64,000 bases of DNA from Armatimonadota bacterium (GTDB taxonomy: Bacteria > Armatimonadota > HRBIN16), in the NCBI GenBank assembly GCA_963677485.1, contig OY781964.1:4960001-5024000 (forward strand). Direction: 5' to 3'. The first letter of the stretch is position 1. Each line of letters opens with the position of its first letter. The notes below the pieces were generated by a model. That model did no database searches and was not told where the DNA came from. It worked only from the letters and a program-made list of their open reading frames with translations. The position numbers were made by a program, and so were the translations under genes. Shown piece after piece: positions 39,801-47,858 of this stretch.

Positions 39801-39944
39801 GACCTGGAATATCTATGCCAGTCAGCAGCCCGTGCTTGTGTGAAAGAGGCAGTTGTTGCCGGACAGAGCGATTCAGAAACTATGATAGCGGAGCGTCATC
39901 TTCGCGTGGCTACTCTGGAATATGCATCGTCGCATAGTGTGTAG
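36816..39944 (+). CDS. ATP-dependent DNA ligase fused to a WGR-like segment, a Cys-rich segment and a CDC48/p97-like AAA+ ATPase
   Basis: KIDG, GELY, FAAFD, EGIV, KLKP, OB-fold VWVRP..VVEV and F.R.R.DK ligase motifs; GPPGTGKT, FDELD and TTNRP..ID.ALRRPGRFD AAA motifs. Confidence 0.9.
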   Translation: MMENNAFVVAAVSKQGAALGTGRIYPAGSLRDADLATLLSLYKCNVAGAYTSVSPDAIATTIPSGCHMASTKIDGEQWFLCRSDAYTYLASPGGKIITGVPITAEADILLSDWNGVLAGELYATVDTGRPSVFSLHSALGGGTDAQIERLRFAAFDILRGGDGDCQLLPFTNRARHIQEMLTGSELLHSVDFTEIDGPLETQRFFESRVQSGAEGIVVRCGDGRIFKLKPRIMIDAVVVAYTETSQGVSELLLALMPEMQPSEMKPGEIQTMQIIGRVDIGFRTNERRELADRLSQLKCESAINLSSRSSHPYVWVRPQIVVEVCCHEILSTSSDGEPIRRWRVTHNNDGWKSTGKAASISMRDAVFIRVREDKVAKLPDVRWLQVADIVDISAANIDLTDLPKSEVIRREVYTKAIRHYGVAVRKVAVWKTNKEDADPRYPAYAALFTDYSPARQEPVRTELRVACSVERIMVTADNWLAVNVKRGWQCVATMSNVVATDIATSSEDTIPPLHTTASSHSLSISFARSTSPTFAVVRRRLDALSELGELSITKDDAGREVWFELHVRAGLVEHYRRITNLLTLVKRWKSIEVVLDGETLDRHTLDDVLNRIEEIRQCWSRRKAAGPAGCRRDCTLGCRSLRITASHRFLEGAFITEPQWYTVGKFESGQVVVDKAGLVAQLDWRRNKLVDCCPCFDQGSVLSAVESLPEVLSPENPSYQLVYKRDDGLAAWVWPEHAPMPSRLDAHGVQMRSPQSGEQNFGVTTLASPSTHSSPSRLIPAASYADVCGQDDAVQTVRDLIELPMRHAHMFEAVGVSAKPSGVILAGPPGTGKTLLARAVAGQCGAHLEIVSGPELLSPYVGATEQALREVFERASRNTPSLILFDELDSIAPSRATADAHHQQTLVAQLLTLLDGIEGRSGISVLATTNRPKSIDAALRRPGRFDQVVMMKLPDLHGRSGILRHYLKPLKLDPCIDLDLLIGDLATLMDGASGADLEYLCQSAARACVKEAVVAGQSDSETMIAERHLRVATLEYASSHSV

Positions 39945-40154
39945 GGGCAGTGTGTATCCTGGATTTACTATGCCCCCCTGTATCCACGGCGGTGGTGAGA
40001 GAAATAACTAACGTAACGAAATACATGCTCTAACACAACCTATTCCTTGAGTGATGTTGAACCGCAACACATTACCATCTACACTTAGTGGATACACCAA
40101 GCTATGGTTGCCATAATCTATCATCCCCCCTAATTAGCCGTCCTCAAAGTCCTC

Positions 40155-40170
40155 CATCGAAATTTCGATG
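40155..40170. promoter_or_regulatory. Perfect 16-bp palindrome CATCGAAATTTCGATG, candidate operator
   Basis: Second copy at 40286-40300; the pair is also kept at 53403-53420 and 53536-53550. Confidence 0.6.
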
Positions 40171-40311
40171 AACATTTTCCAGATATCAAAGCAATTTAGA
40201 ACGAATTTCAGACCCATGATTCTTACCATTCCACGCTCAGTCAACACACATATTACGCAAATCAGTGGTCATCCCCGTTAGTCTCCATCGAAATTTCGAC
40301 ATTCAGGTTGT

Positions 40312-40965
40312 ATGGTTCGGCGAGAGCAACCCACAAGTTTTTGGGACACTCGAGAGCTGAACCGAGCAGGAGAACAAATGCATACAACCAACTGTTTCGA
40401 AGCTCTGGATAGCTACTGTGTATCGCTCATACATCTGAAGGCCTGCCGCCTTATAGGCAACTACGGGTATACCAAATCCGACAAAGATGACATCGAGCAA
40501 GAGCTCGCCCTGCACCTGCGCCAAAGCCTTCCGAGATATAACCAAGCCCGTGGCACCCTGAAGACCTTCGTCAACTGCGTGCTGGGTAACAAGATCCGAA
40601 GCATGATCAGGGAACACGTAACCGATCAGTATGACAGCCGTAAGAATGGCCCATCACTAAGTGATCCCGTTGCGCAGGAATCGGGGGAACGCCTTAACCG
40701 GGTGGACATCATCGACTCAGATGACTACTTGATTCGCATGGGCAAGATATCGCGCAGGGAGTGCGAGTTAGTCGAACTGCGCATCGATGTGGAGCGTGTG
40801 GTATCGAGGCTGCCGGTGAATCTACAGGAACTCTGCGAACAGCTTAGCCGGCAGAGCATCGCTGATGTAGCTCGTGAGACCGGATGGAGCCGCGGCAAAA
40901 TCTATGACATGAAGCAGGTAATTCTTGACGCATTCATCGAAGGCGGACTGGACGAATGGGTATGA
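40312..40965 (+). CDS. ECF-type sigma-70-like factor
   Basis: D.DDIEQEL...L......Y....G...TF (region 2) and LP.......L....SIADVARETG.SR..IY (region 4). Confidence 0.85.
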   Translation: MVRREQPTSFWDTRELNRAGEQMHTTNCFEALDSYCVSLIHLKACRLIGNYGYTKSDKDDIEQELALHLRQSLPRYNQARGTLKTFVNCVLGNKIRSMIREHVTDQYDSRKNGPSLSDPVAQESGERLNRVDIIDSDDYLIRMGKISRRECELVELRIDVERVVSRLPVNLQELCEQLSRQSIADVARETGWSRGKIYDMKQVILDAFIEGGLDEWV

Positions 40966-41204
40966 AGATGAAGCTAAGAGATACAAGGTGTAGCACAAAA
41001 CCTAACTCTCACACCAACTGGATAGCCCTATCACAACGCATCTGCACGGCGACAGAGATACTCGCCACTGGCATGATGCGCCATAAACTCCGGTGTCAGG
41101 CTGTGAAGAGAGGTGAATCACGCCACTCAGTAGAAAAACTTGATGTTTTCGCAAATTCATGCGTGAATGCAACAAACCGGATCCGAAGGGAGAGAAAACA
41201 ATGA
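40956..41204 (+). CDS. Small hypothetical protein
   Basis: Overlaps the sigma stop; EILATG..R helix; sits between the sigma and DUF2924 genes. Confidence 0.45.
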   Translation: MGMKMKLRDTRCSTKPNSHTNWIALSQRICTATEILATGMMRHKLRCQAVKRGESRHSVEKLDVFANSCVNATNRIRRERKQ

Positions 41205-41350
41205 GTGCTTTTAGGAGAGGTCTGAAGGGCCAGTTTGAAACAGGGCTGGCTCAGCACGGCACTACAGTGTCCATGTCCTCCGGCTGCCCGTGTCCATCAA
41301 CATCAATATCACGAATGACGCATTTACAAACAACGGAGAAAAGATAACCT

Positions 41351-41857
41351 ATGAATCGCTCCACACTCAGACAGATCGCAGACCTACCCAATCTGACTAC
41401 CCCCGAACTCCAGGAACTCTGGAAGACCCTGAACGGCAAAGATGCACCGAGCTGCTCACGCGGCTACCTCATTAGAAGACTGGCTTACCGCATACAGGAG
41501 ATCGCCTTCGGTGGGCTGTCCACTCAGACCATGAAGCTCATGGGCAAGGTTCTCGAAACCTACGGCTACGATGAGAACGGATGCAGGATCAACAAGTCGA
41601 AGAAGGCAGGAAAGCGTGCCAACGGAATGCCGATCATCGGCACGCGTCTGCTTCGTGAATGGAAAGGCACCTCGTACGAAGTGGTGATTGTGAACGGCGG
41701 CTGTGAATATAAGGGCGTGAAGTTCAACTCCCTCACCGCTGTGGCCACATCAATCACAGGCACACACTGGAACGGACGTTCCTTCTTCGGGTTACAGAAG
41801 CTGTTTCGAAAGAAGGCTACCAAGAAGGTGAGTGCCGTTCAGAGTGACGACAATTGA
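41351..41857 (+). CDS. DUF2924 family protein
   Basis: L...W..L, LAYRIQE.AFGGL, GT.L.REW.G..Y.V and SL.AVA..ITGTHWNG..FFGL motifs. Confidence 0.9.
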   Translation: MNRSTLRQIADLPNLTTPELQELWKTLNGKDAPSCSRGYLIRRLAYRIQEIAFGGLSTQTMKLMGKVLETYGYDENGCRINKSKKAGKRANGMPIIGTRLLREWKGTSYEVVIVNGGCEYKGVKFNSLTAVATSITGTHWNGRSFFGLQKLFRKKATKKVSAVQSDDN

Positions 41858-43515
41858 GCGGTAAGCCAGTCGATAAAAGAACAGCGAGTAGCAATACCTC
41901 TGTGGCCACACTGGGAAGAAGCAGCAAGAGCACAAGCAGCAAAACATCCATCAGGCCACCAGGCCCAGCACCTAAAGTGCGCTGCGCTGTCTACACCCGT
42001 AAGTCCACAGAGGAAGGCCTCGAGCAGGAGTTCAACAGCCTGGACGCCCAGCGCGAAGCGGGCACATCATACATCGCCAGTCAGAAACATGAAGGCTGGT
42101 ATTGCCTCGATCAGCTGTACGACGATGGTGGATTCTCAGGTGGTACCATGGACCGACCAGGGCTCGAACAGCTTCTGCGTGACATCGAGAACAACCGCAT
42201 CGACTGCGTGGTGGTCTACAAGGTAGACAGACTCTCACGCTCCCTACTCGACTTCTCAAAGATCATGGATGTGTTCGACCGGAACGGCGTCTCCTTTGTC
42301 TCAGTCACCCAGATGTTCAACACCAGCACATCCATGGGTAGACTGGTGCTTAACGTGCTGCTCAGCTTCGCGCAGTTCGAACGTGAGATCATCGGCGAAC
42401 GCATTCGTGACAAGATCGCGTCCTCCAAACAAAAAGGCCAGTATACGGGAGGCACTCCCCCACTTGGCTACAACGTCCATCCCGAAAAGACACAGCTCAT
42501 CGTAAACCCTGATGAGGCGATCACCGTGCAGACCATCTTCACACGCTACTGCGATACGAGTTCACCGCTTAGAGTAGCACTAGAGTTAAACGCGGCTGGC
42601 ATCACCACCAAAAGATGGGTCACCAAAGGTGGTATCCTGCATACCGGCCGGCCATGGGACAGAGGCCACATCTACCGCATCCTGCACAACCCGGTCTATG
42701 TCGGAAGAGTAAAGCACAGGGAGAACATATACCCCGGGGAGCATGAGGCGATCATCGAGGTTGATCTCTGGGACAGAGTGGTCGCCATGCTTAAAGAGAA
42801 TGCTCTACATGAAGAGGCGCAGAAGCGCTCTCTTGTTCCCTCTCTACTTAAGGGTATCATCAGCTGTGGTTACTGTAACAGGTCTATGTGCATGATCTCC
42901 ACAACGAAAGATGGAGCGAGGTTCAGATACTACAAATGTATCAAGGCGGTGAAGAGCGGATGCCAGGCCTGCAGCGTAGGAGCTGTTCCTGCCGGTGACA
43001 TCGAGGGGGCGGTGATCGCGCAGCTTCGTGCCGTCTTCAAGTCGCCAGAGATCGTGGCGAAGACCTTCCGATCGACCAGGGTGATTGAGACGAGTGAGAT
43101 AACCCGACTTGAAAGCGAGAAGGCGTGTCTGGAGCGGGGCATGAAGAGGCTGCAGGACAGTGCTGCCAAACTGATCAACGGTGACCTGTCCAGTAACGCA
43201 ACCAGCACGGAGGTGCTGCGTATCAACAGCGAGTTCATCCAGACGCAGCGCAGGCTTCAGGACACGAGCGAGGAGTTGTCCGAGATGCTGCTGGAGATGA
43301 CCACGGAGCAGAATGTGGCGAAGGCGCTTAGTGACCTTCACCCGATCTGGGATGAGCTCTACCCCTCTGAGCAGCACCGCATCATTCAGCTTCTTATTGA
43401 GCAGGTCACCATTAAGCTAGGTGGTATGGAGATACGCATGCGCACCGAGGGGGTTCACTCGCTGATCAGTGAGCTTCAGGAGACTGTAGACGCCAAGACA
43501 GAACGAAGTAGATAG
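41854..43515 (+). CDS. Large serine recombinase (integrase)
   Basis: CAVYTRKST catalytic Ser, YDDGGFSGG..DRPGL, DRLSRS, FAQFERE, recombinase domain, zinc ribbon C..C...YY.C and coiled coil. Confidence 0.95.
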   Translation: MSGKPVDKRTASSNTSVATLGRSSKSTSSKTSIRPPGPAPKVRCAVYTRKSTEEGLEQEFNSLDAQREAGTSYIASQKHEGWYCLDQLYDDGGFSGGTMDRPGLEQLLRDIENNRIDCVVVYKVDRLSRSLLDFSKIMDVFDRNGVSFVSVTQMFNTSTSMGRLVLNVLLSFAQFEREIIGERIRDKIASSKQKGQYTGGTPPLGYNVHPEKTQLIVNPDEAITVQTIFTRYCDTSSPLRVALELNAAGITTKRWVTKGGILHTGRPWDRGHIYRILHNPVYVGRVKHRENIYPGEHEAIIEVDLWDRVVAMLKENALHEEAQKRSLVPSLLKGIISCGYCNRSMCMISTTKDGARFRYYKCIKAVKSGCQACSVGAVPAGDIEGAVIAQLRAVFKSPEIVAKTFRSTRVIETSEITRLESEKACLERGMKRLQDSAAKLINGDLSSNATSTEVLRINSEFIQTQRRLQDTSEELSEMLLEMTTEQNVAKALSDLHPIWDELYPSEQHRIIQLLIEQVTIKLGGMEIRMRTEGVHSLISELQETVDAKTERSR

Positions 43516-43547
43516 GAGTAGATAGATATGAATAGGAGTAAACAGAT

Positions 43548-43961
43548 ATGAACAACGACGCATCTTATGACATCGATGATATCGGCATTGTGTTTACCGT
43601 ACCACTGGCGATAAAGCGCAGATCCGGTCGGAGGCAGGTGATCACGCCGCCTACCGGTGCCGGTGGTAAGGAGATCGTGCTGGCACACCAGGAGGCGATC
43701 GTGATCGCGATCGCCCGGGCGCACCGGTGGCGTAACCAGCTTGAGGACGGCACATATGAGTCTCTCACCGATCTGGCCACGCACATAAACCAGGATATCT
43801 CTTTCACCGCGAGGCTATTGCGACTCACGCAGCTTTCACCGCGAGTGATCGAGTCGATCTTCGCCGGCGAGGAGCCAGACGGTCTGTCACTCAATACGCT
43901 CACGAAGCTGTTACCTGTGATCTGGGAGGAGCAGGAGGCGGAGCTGGGGTTTCCGATGTAG
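43548..43961 (+). CDS. Small HTH protein typically following DUF2924/serine recombinase pairs
   Basis: AIARAHRW...LE.G.Y.S...LA.......S...R.LRL..L.P...E.I..G and LP..W.EQ. Confidence 0.8.
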   Translation: MNNDASYDIDDIGIVFTVPLAIKRRSGRRQVITPPTGAGGKEIVLAHQEAIVIAIARAHRWRNQLEDGTYESLTDLATHINQDISFTARLLRLTQLSPRVIESIFAGEEPDGLSLNTLTKLLPVIWEEQEAELGFPM

Positions 43962-44212
43962 GGTGCTGGTTCATTTTACTCTGGCTACAGGCCCGATCAT
44001 TGCAGGTATGTGCTGGTCGGGCCTTGTTGCGCGGATGTATGGCGAGTGGTCTGCATCGCTTGCGCACTCAGTGTGGCCACGGTGATGACTGCATGATTCC
44101 GCATTGACCCAGCATCGGTAAATGGCAAGATGATAGAACTCGTCATCATACGTCGCTTTCGTCCTCATACAATATATCACCACAGGTCTCAGATCAACTT
44201 GCCCAACTGGCT

Positions 44213-44248
44213 AATTGCGCACTCGGAGATGGGCGGAGAAGGCTCTAC
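44213..44248 (+). repeat. 36-bp att-like terminal motif AATTGCGCACTCGGAGATGGGSGGAGAWGGCTSTAC, copy 1 of 4
   Basis: Other copies at 48580-48615, 49504-49539 and 54748-54783; the sequence after each copy is unrelated. Confidence 0.75.
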
Positions 44249-44297
44249 TGGGTGGGGCTGCAACTATGTCAGCCAGTGCAACACACCCATCGTCACA

Positions 44298-46031
44298 CTA
44301 CCCGTGCAGCCGCAAGCGCCAGTCGCCCTGCCAGGTTCTAGTAACCCCAAGCTGGTCGGTAAACCGCACATGCACATGCTTGCCGTCTGCCTTTGCGAAC
44401 TCCGCAGGAAGCTGCCAGGCATCCAGATAGTAGCTCCGGCCGTTTCGCAGTTTGATTTTCCAATCTGGCGACTTTTTGCCCTCCATCTCAATCCACACAG
44501 TAAGAGTGACGGGCTGATCATCAATGGCGGGCCAGGCGGCCCACAGCTCCAGCCAAGGCTTGCCCTTGAAGCTACGTAGTTTGCCCATGATGATAGGCTT
44601 CTGCTCGTATCGGTCGCCATCAGACTTATTCATTGCGATCACAGGCAGGTCGAACCAGCACCACTTGAATGGCCCTTCATGGATAGGATCTAAAGCACCA
44701 TATCGATGAGCGGATTTTACTATGTATTCAAGCACACCATGAGCGTTATATTTCCAATCTTTGGTGTAGTCTGCTCCTGGGGCTCCCGGTCTAGTATTCA
44801 GTTCAGAGGCCCACATCACATAGTTGTCGGCAGCGAATAGTGACATGCCTGTAAACAGTTCTATCTGCCAGCCAGGAAGCGGCCGGTCATTCTGTTGAAT
44901 ACCCTGAGTACCTTCATTGCAGATTCGCGTCCAGGCACCCACCTTTACATTGGATAGATAAGGCCGCCTGATGGTGCTGTCCGCGGGGTACTGGCCAGCG
45001 ATGCGGTGATGCATCAGGTAGAGCCTGATCGCCTGAACGTAGATGTCCTGCAGGCAATGCTCTGCCTCTCCAGGTTCCAGCGTCAGTGTATGGCCGTAGC
45101 ATTTCGTGGTGGTGAGATCACTAAACTCAGGAACACCTTGCTTTAGGATCAAGCGGCCATCTGAACCCCGTTTATAAAGCGGTTCGTTGCCCCATATAGC
45201 ACGCATATAACCATCGGTAGAAAGCACACCGTGGAACTCATTACATATCTTTAGGGTGGGGTCATTATCTCTCAAATAGTCTTTTTCAGGCAGCAGATAT
45301 TCGGGTAAACCCGACCCTCCCCAGCGTAAGGATGTGTAGAAGGCACCGACTTCAAAGGTGTATTGTCCATAGGTAATAGGGCAAACCCTGATGCCCGTCT
45401 CTTTCAACGCGGCTCTGGCGTAACCCTCATACAACCAACCGAAGCAGTCCCGCTGGTGCTCCCATCCGCCGGTGGCTTCGATGTCAAAGCACGGGTAGAG
45501 CACCCCTTTGCGTTTGTAGTCGGTGGGTTCCCTCTCGGCGTTCCAGGACAGTTCACCCAAGGTCAAGAAGGCCTCGCGGTTGTTGGAAAAGAGATGCTCT
45601 TTATGAAAAAGACGCAGGGCCGCAATACGGTCGTCTTTGGGGTTTTTCTGTTCCAGCTCATTGGCCAGCCTTTCAGCGTGTCCCCAGAAGAACGGGTCGC
45701 CCATCAGTTGGTGCTTCTGGGTATACGGCAGGTTCCGCACATCGGTGGGGGCAGTGCCAATGCGAAAGTTAGGCACCGCTTCCACGGAGGTGATGCCGCG
45801 CGTGAAATGCTGGTTATCGGCCCAAGTGTTATACCATGGCCCGGAGACATGAATATGGCGGTCACGCATACTAAACTTCGGGAATCTGGTGAATAATGCC
45901 ACACCCTGTGCGGTTTGCTCAGCGAAGGGATAGTCAATGCCGTATGGTGACGGCACTGTGCGGGTGGCAAACTTCAAATCGGGTGCCGATTGCGTCACCC
46001 ACGGTTGTCCTAAGTAATCTTTGCGAATCAT
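44298..46031 (-). CDS. Hypothetical protein (aromatic-rich, possibly glycoside-hydrolase-like; N-terminus may be truncated)
   Basis: 577-aa ORF; no certain motif. Confidence 0.65.
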   Translation of the reverse strand: MIRKDYLGQPWVTQSAPDLKFATRTVPSPYGIDYPFAEQTAQGVALFTRFPKFSMRDRHIHVSGPWYNTWADNQHFTRGITSVEAVPNFRIGTAPTDVRNLPYTQKHQLMGDPFFWGHAERLANELEQKNPKDDRIAALRLFHKEHLFSNNREAFLTLGELSWNAEREPTDYKRKGVLYPCFDIEATGGWEHQRDCFGWLYEGYARAALKETGIRVCPITYGQYTFEVGAFYTSLRWGGSGLPEYLLPEKDYLRDNDPTLKICNEFHGVLSTDGYMRAIWGNEPLYKRGSDGRLILKQGVPEFSDLTTTKCYGHTLTLEPGEAEHCLQDIYVQAIRLYLMHHRIAGQYPADSTIRRPYLSNVKVGAWTRICNEGTQGIQQNDRPLPGWQIELFTGMSLFAADNYVMWASELNTRPGAPGADYTKDWKYNAHGVLEYIVKSAHRYGALDPIHEGPFKWCWFDLPVIAMNKSDGDRYEQKPIIMGKLRSFKGKPWLELWAAWPAIDDQPVTLTVWIEMEGKKSPDWKIKLRNGRSYYLDAWQLPAEFAKADGKHVHVRFTDQLGVTRTWQGDWRLRLHG

Positions 46032-46241
46032 ATCTCTGCTTCAACTCCCGTTTCTTTGTATTTAATGCAAGTAAACTGTGGTATCTGTAGCAATACGTAT
46101 TGCCGCTACCCTGAACCCTATAACGGCCTGACCAGAAATACACATACGATGAGTAGGACGAGTTAGGCGAGTAGGATGTTCCGGAGTGTCCTGTGACGAG
46201 TCTGGCGCCTACTGCTCTCCTGCTCTTCTATCTCCTCCCGC

Positions 46242-46493
46242 CTAACGCACCGTGATGCTGAGACCCCCAAGGTATAGGAAGTCACCACGGGTGATGTTGA
46301 CCCGATATACGCCTCGGCCATACTCCAGCTTCAAGCTGAACCGGTAGTTGCCGCCGCCCAGTGACTGCGGCTTTATCTTCGCACTGCCCACATAGTAGTT
46401 GCGAGAGTCAATGTAGTATTTCGCCTCAGCATCTGCAAACTGCACAGATACAAACAGCTCCGATGCGGGTATCGCACCCGGTTGCACAGACAC
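46242..46493 (-). pseudogene. C-terminal gene fragment abutting an IS remnant
   Basis: Short beta-rich ORF whose apparent start lies inside the IS end. Confidence 0.35.
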
Positions 46494-46870
46494 GGGTTAG
46501 TGTTAAGCAGCATTTGATGTGGAGTGCTCTTCAACAAAGCTCTGGCGGGTTTCAAGCGGCGTTTTGAATCCCATCTTCTCCAATCGCCATGAACGATTGT
46601 AAACTTGTTTGAAGTATATCACTGCTTCCCTCACGTCGTCAACGTTCTGAATCACATGTCTGCAAATGACCTGTTCATTTAGTGTCCGGTTGAACCGCTC
46701 CACCACTCCATTTGTCTGGGGCTGTTGCACGTAGCTGAATCTAGATGTGATCCCAGCCGCTTGATTTCATACTGGGATTGATCGTGTATCGGAGCAATTT
46801 GCGAATCCGTTGCTGCGCACTCAGTGTGGCCACGGTGATGACTGCATGATCCCGCATTGACCCACACTCG
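46468..46870 (-). mobile_element. IS3-family transposase C-terminal remnant with degenerate inverted repeat
   Basis: PQTNGVVERFNRTL.EQ...YN..W..EK.G.K.P at 46503-46730; frameshifted upstream; IR-like ATCGCACCCGGTT..CAGACAC near 46471. Confidence 0.75.
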
Positions 46871-46926
46871 GTAGATGATATTCAGATAGCACCTGTCAAC
46901 TGATACACAGACTGGTCGGTATGCTG

Positions 46927-46969
46927 TCCGACACTTTTCAGATTTCGCCCGTATATATTAAGTGGAGGG
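46927..46969 (+). promoter_or_regulatory. Phage promoter motif I upstream of the 47118 gene
   Basis: TCCGACACTTTtcagattTCGCCCGTATATATtaaGTGGAGGG. Confidence 0.6.
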
Positions 46970-47117
46970 TGTCACTATGCGACCTTGTATTTCTACTGAT
47001 GTCGCATGCACCGCGAACAGATGTGGACACTACATGCCACCACCATATTCAGTCCCGATATGATGCAACAAGAAGTCACTACTCAAACAATATGCGCAAC
47101 AACACAGGAGACAGTCC

Positions 47118-47858
47118 ATGATGTCACGAAATGAAACAGCACCAAACGCCAGCGAGGTTCTTCCTAAAGATTTGCTCAAGATTCTTCAAGGCTTCTGTTC
47201 TGGGGTTGTATACATTCCACCGAAACTGCTGCAGTCTCAAATCAGCAGAGAACAGATACGCGAATTACACGATAAAGGTATCACTCCTTCAGAGATCTCA
47301 CGCGAAACCACAATCTCCGTGAAGCATGTCCGGAGGATCATCAAACAAATAAGTGACGGTGTCATGCAAGAGCCGATCGACCGTCAGAAGATATATGGGG
47401 TGGTACCTGAAGATATTGTAGCGATGGTGCAGAGTTACGTGGAAGGTGTTTTGTATGTGCCACCAACTACGTCTTCAGTGGTACGGCGGTATTCGCGTGT
47501 AAAGAGGCTCCTTCGAGCAGGACACACCATTTTATCAGTCGCCAGTCTGACAGGGATGTCGACTCGTCGTGTCAGACAACTAAGGGACGAGTATGCGAGG
47601 GATGTCGCGCCTCCAAAGAAGGTAGTGGTACATAAGGATGTGCAGAATGGATCCTTCCAAAATATCGCCAATGAGGCTATGGGTCAAAGTCAGGATCCTG
47701 ATGAGATACCGCCAAGGCTCTGTCCGCTGTGTGGAACCCCGGTGGAACCGCATGAGAACACCTGCGTAGTATGCAGCAGACCAACCAAAGTTAAGGATGA
47801 TCCCGATGTCCTCGTTCTTAGCCATTTCCCATTCGCATACCTCGACCGTAAATTCTGA
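47118..47858 (+). CDS. Tandem CD3324/Mor-like HTH protein with C-terminal zinc ribbon
   Basis: Two repeats of (V/L)P..(L/I)...Q....G.(V/L)Y(I/V)PP each followed by an HTH; CPLC...CVVC. Confidence 0.7.
   Translation: MMSRNETAPNASEVLPKDLLKILQGFCSGVVYIPPKLLQSQISREQIRELHDKGITPSEISRETTISVKHVRRIIKQISDGVMQEPIDRQKIYGVVPEDIVAMVQSYVEGVLYVPPTTSSVVRRYSRVKRLLRAGHTILSVASLTGMSTRRVRQLRDEYARDVAPPKKVVVHKDVQNGSFQNIANEAMGQSQDPDEIPPRLCPLCGTPVEPHENTCVVCSRPTKVKDDPDVLVLSHFPFAYLDRKF

Larger units (their letters stand above)
1..44250. mobile_element. Prophage, contractile tail (myovirus-like), with large serine recombinase; left end outside window
   Basis: Syntenic tail sheath, neck, capsid, protease, MuF, portal, terminase, primase-helicase, sigma factor and DUF2924/serine recombinase genes. 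Right end inferred from the att-like motif at 44213-44248. Confidence 0.9.

Noticed and set aside
36816-39944. Calling the ligase a canonical LigD
   Set aside because: No primase-like polymerase or phosphoesterase domain is visible; the extra domains differ.
7441-46870. IS3 N-terminal relic (7.5-8.2 kb) and C-terminal relic (46.5-46.9 kb) as the two ends of one composite transposon
   Set aside because: Both are decayed, the left inverted repeat is unclear, no target duplication was seen and the first relic lies inside the head gene region.
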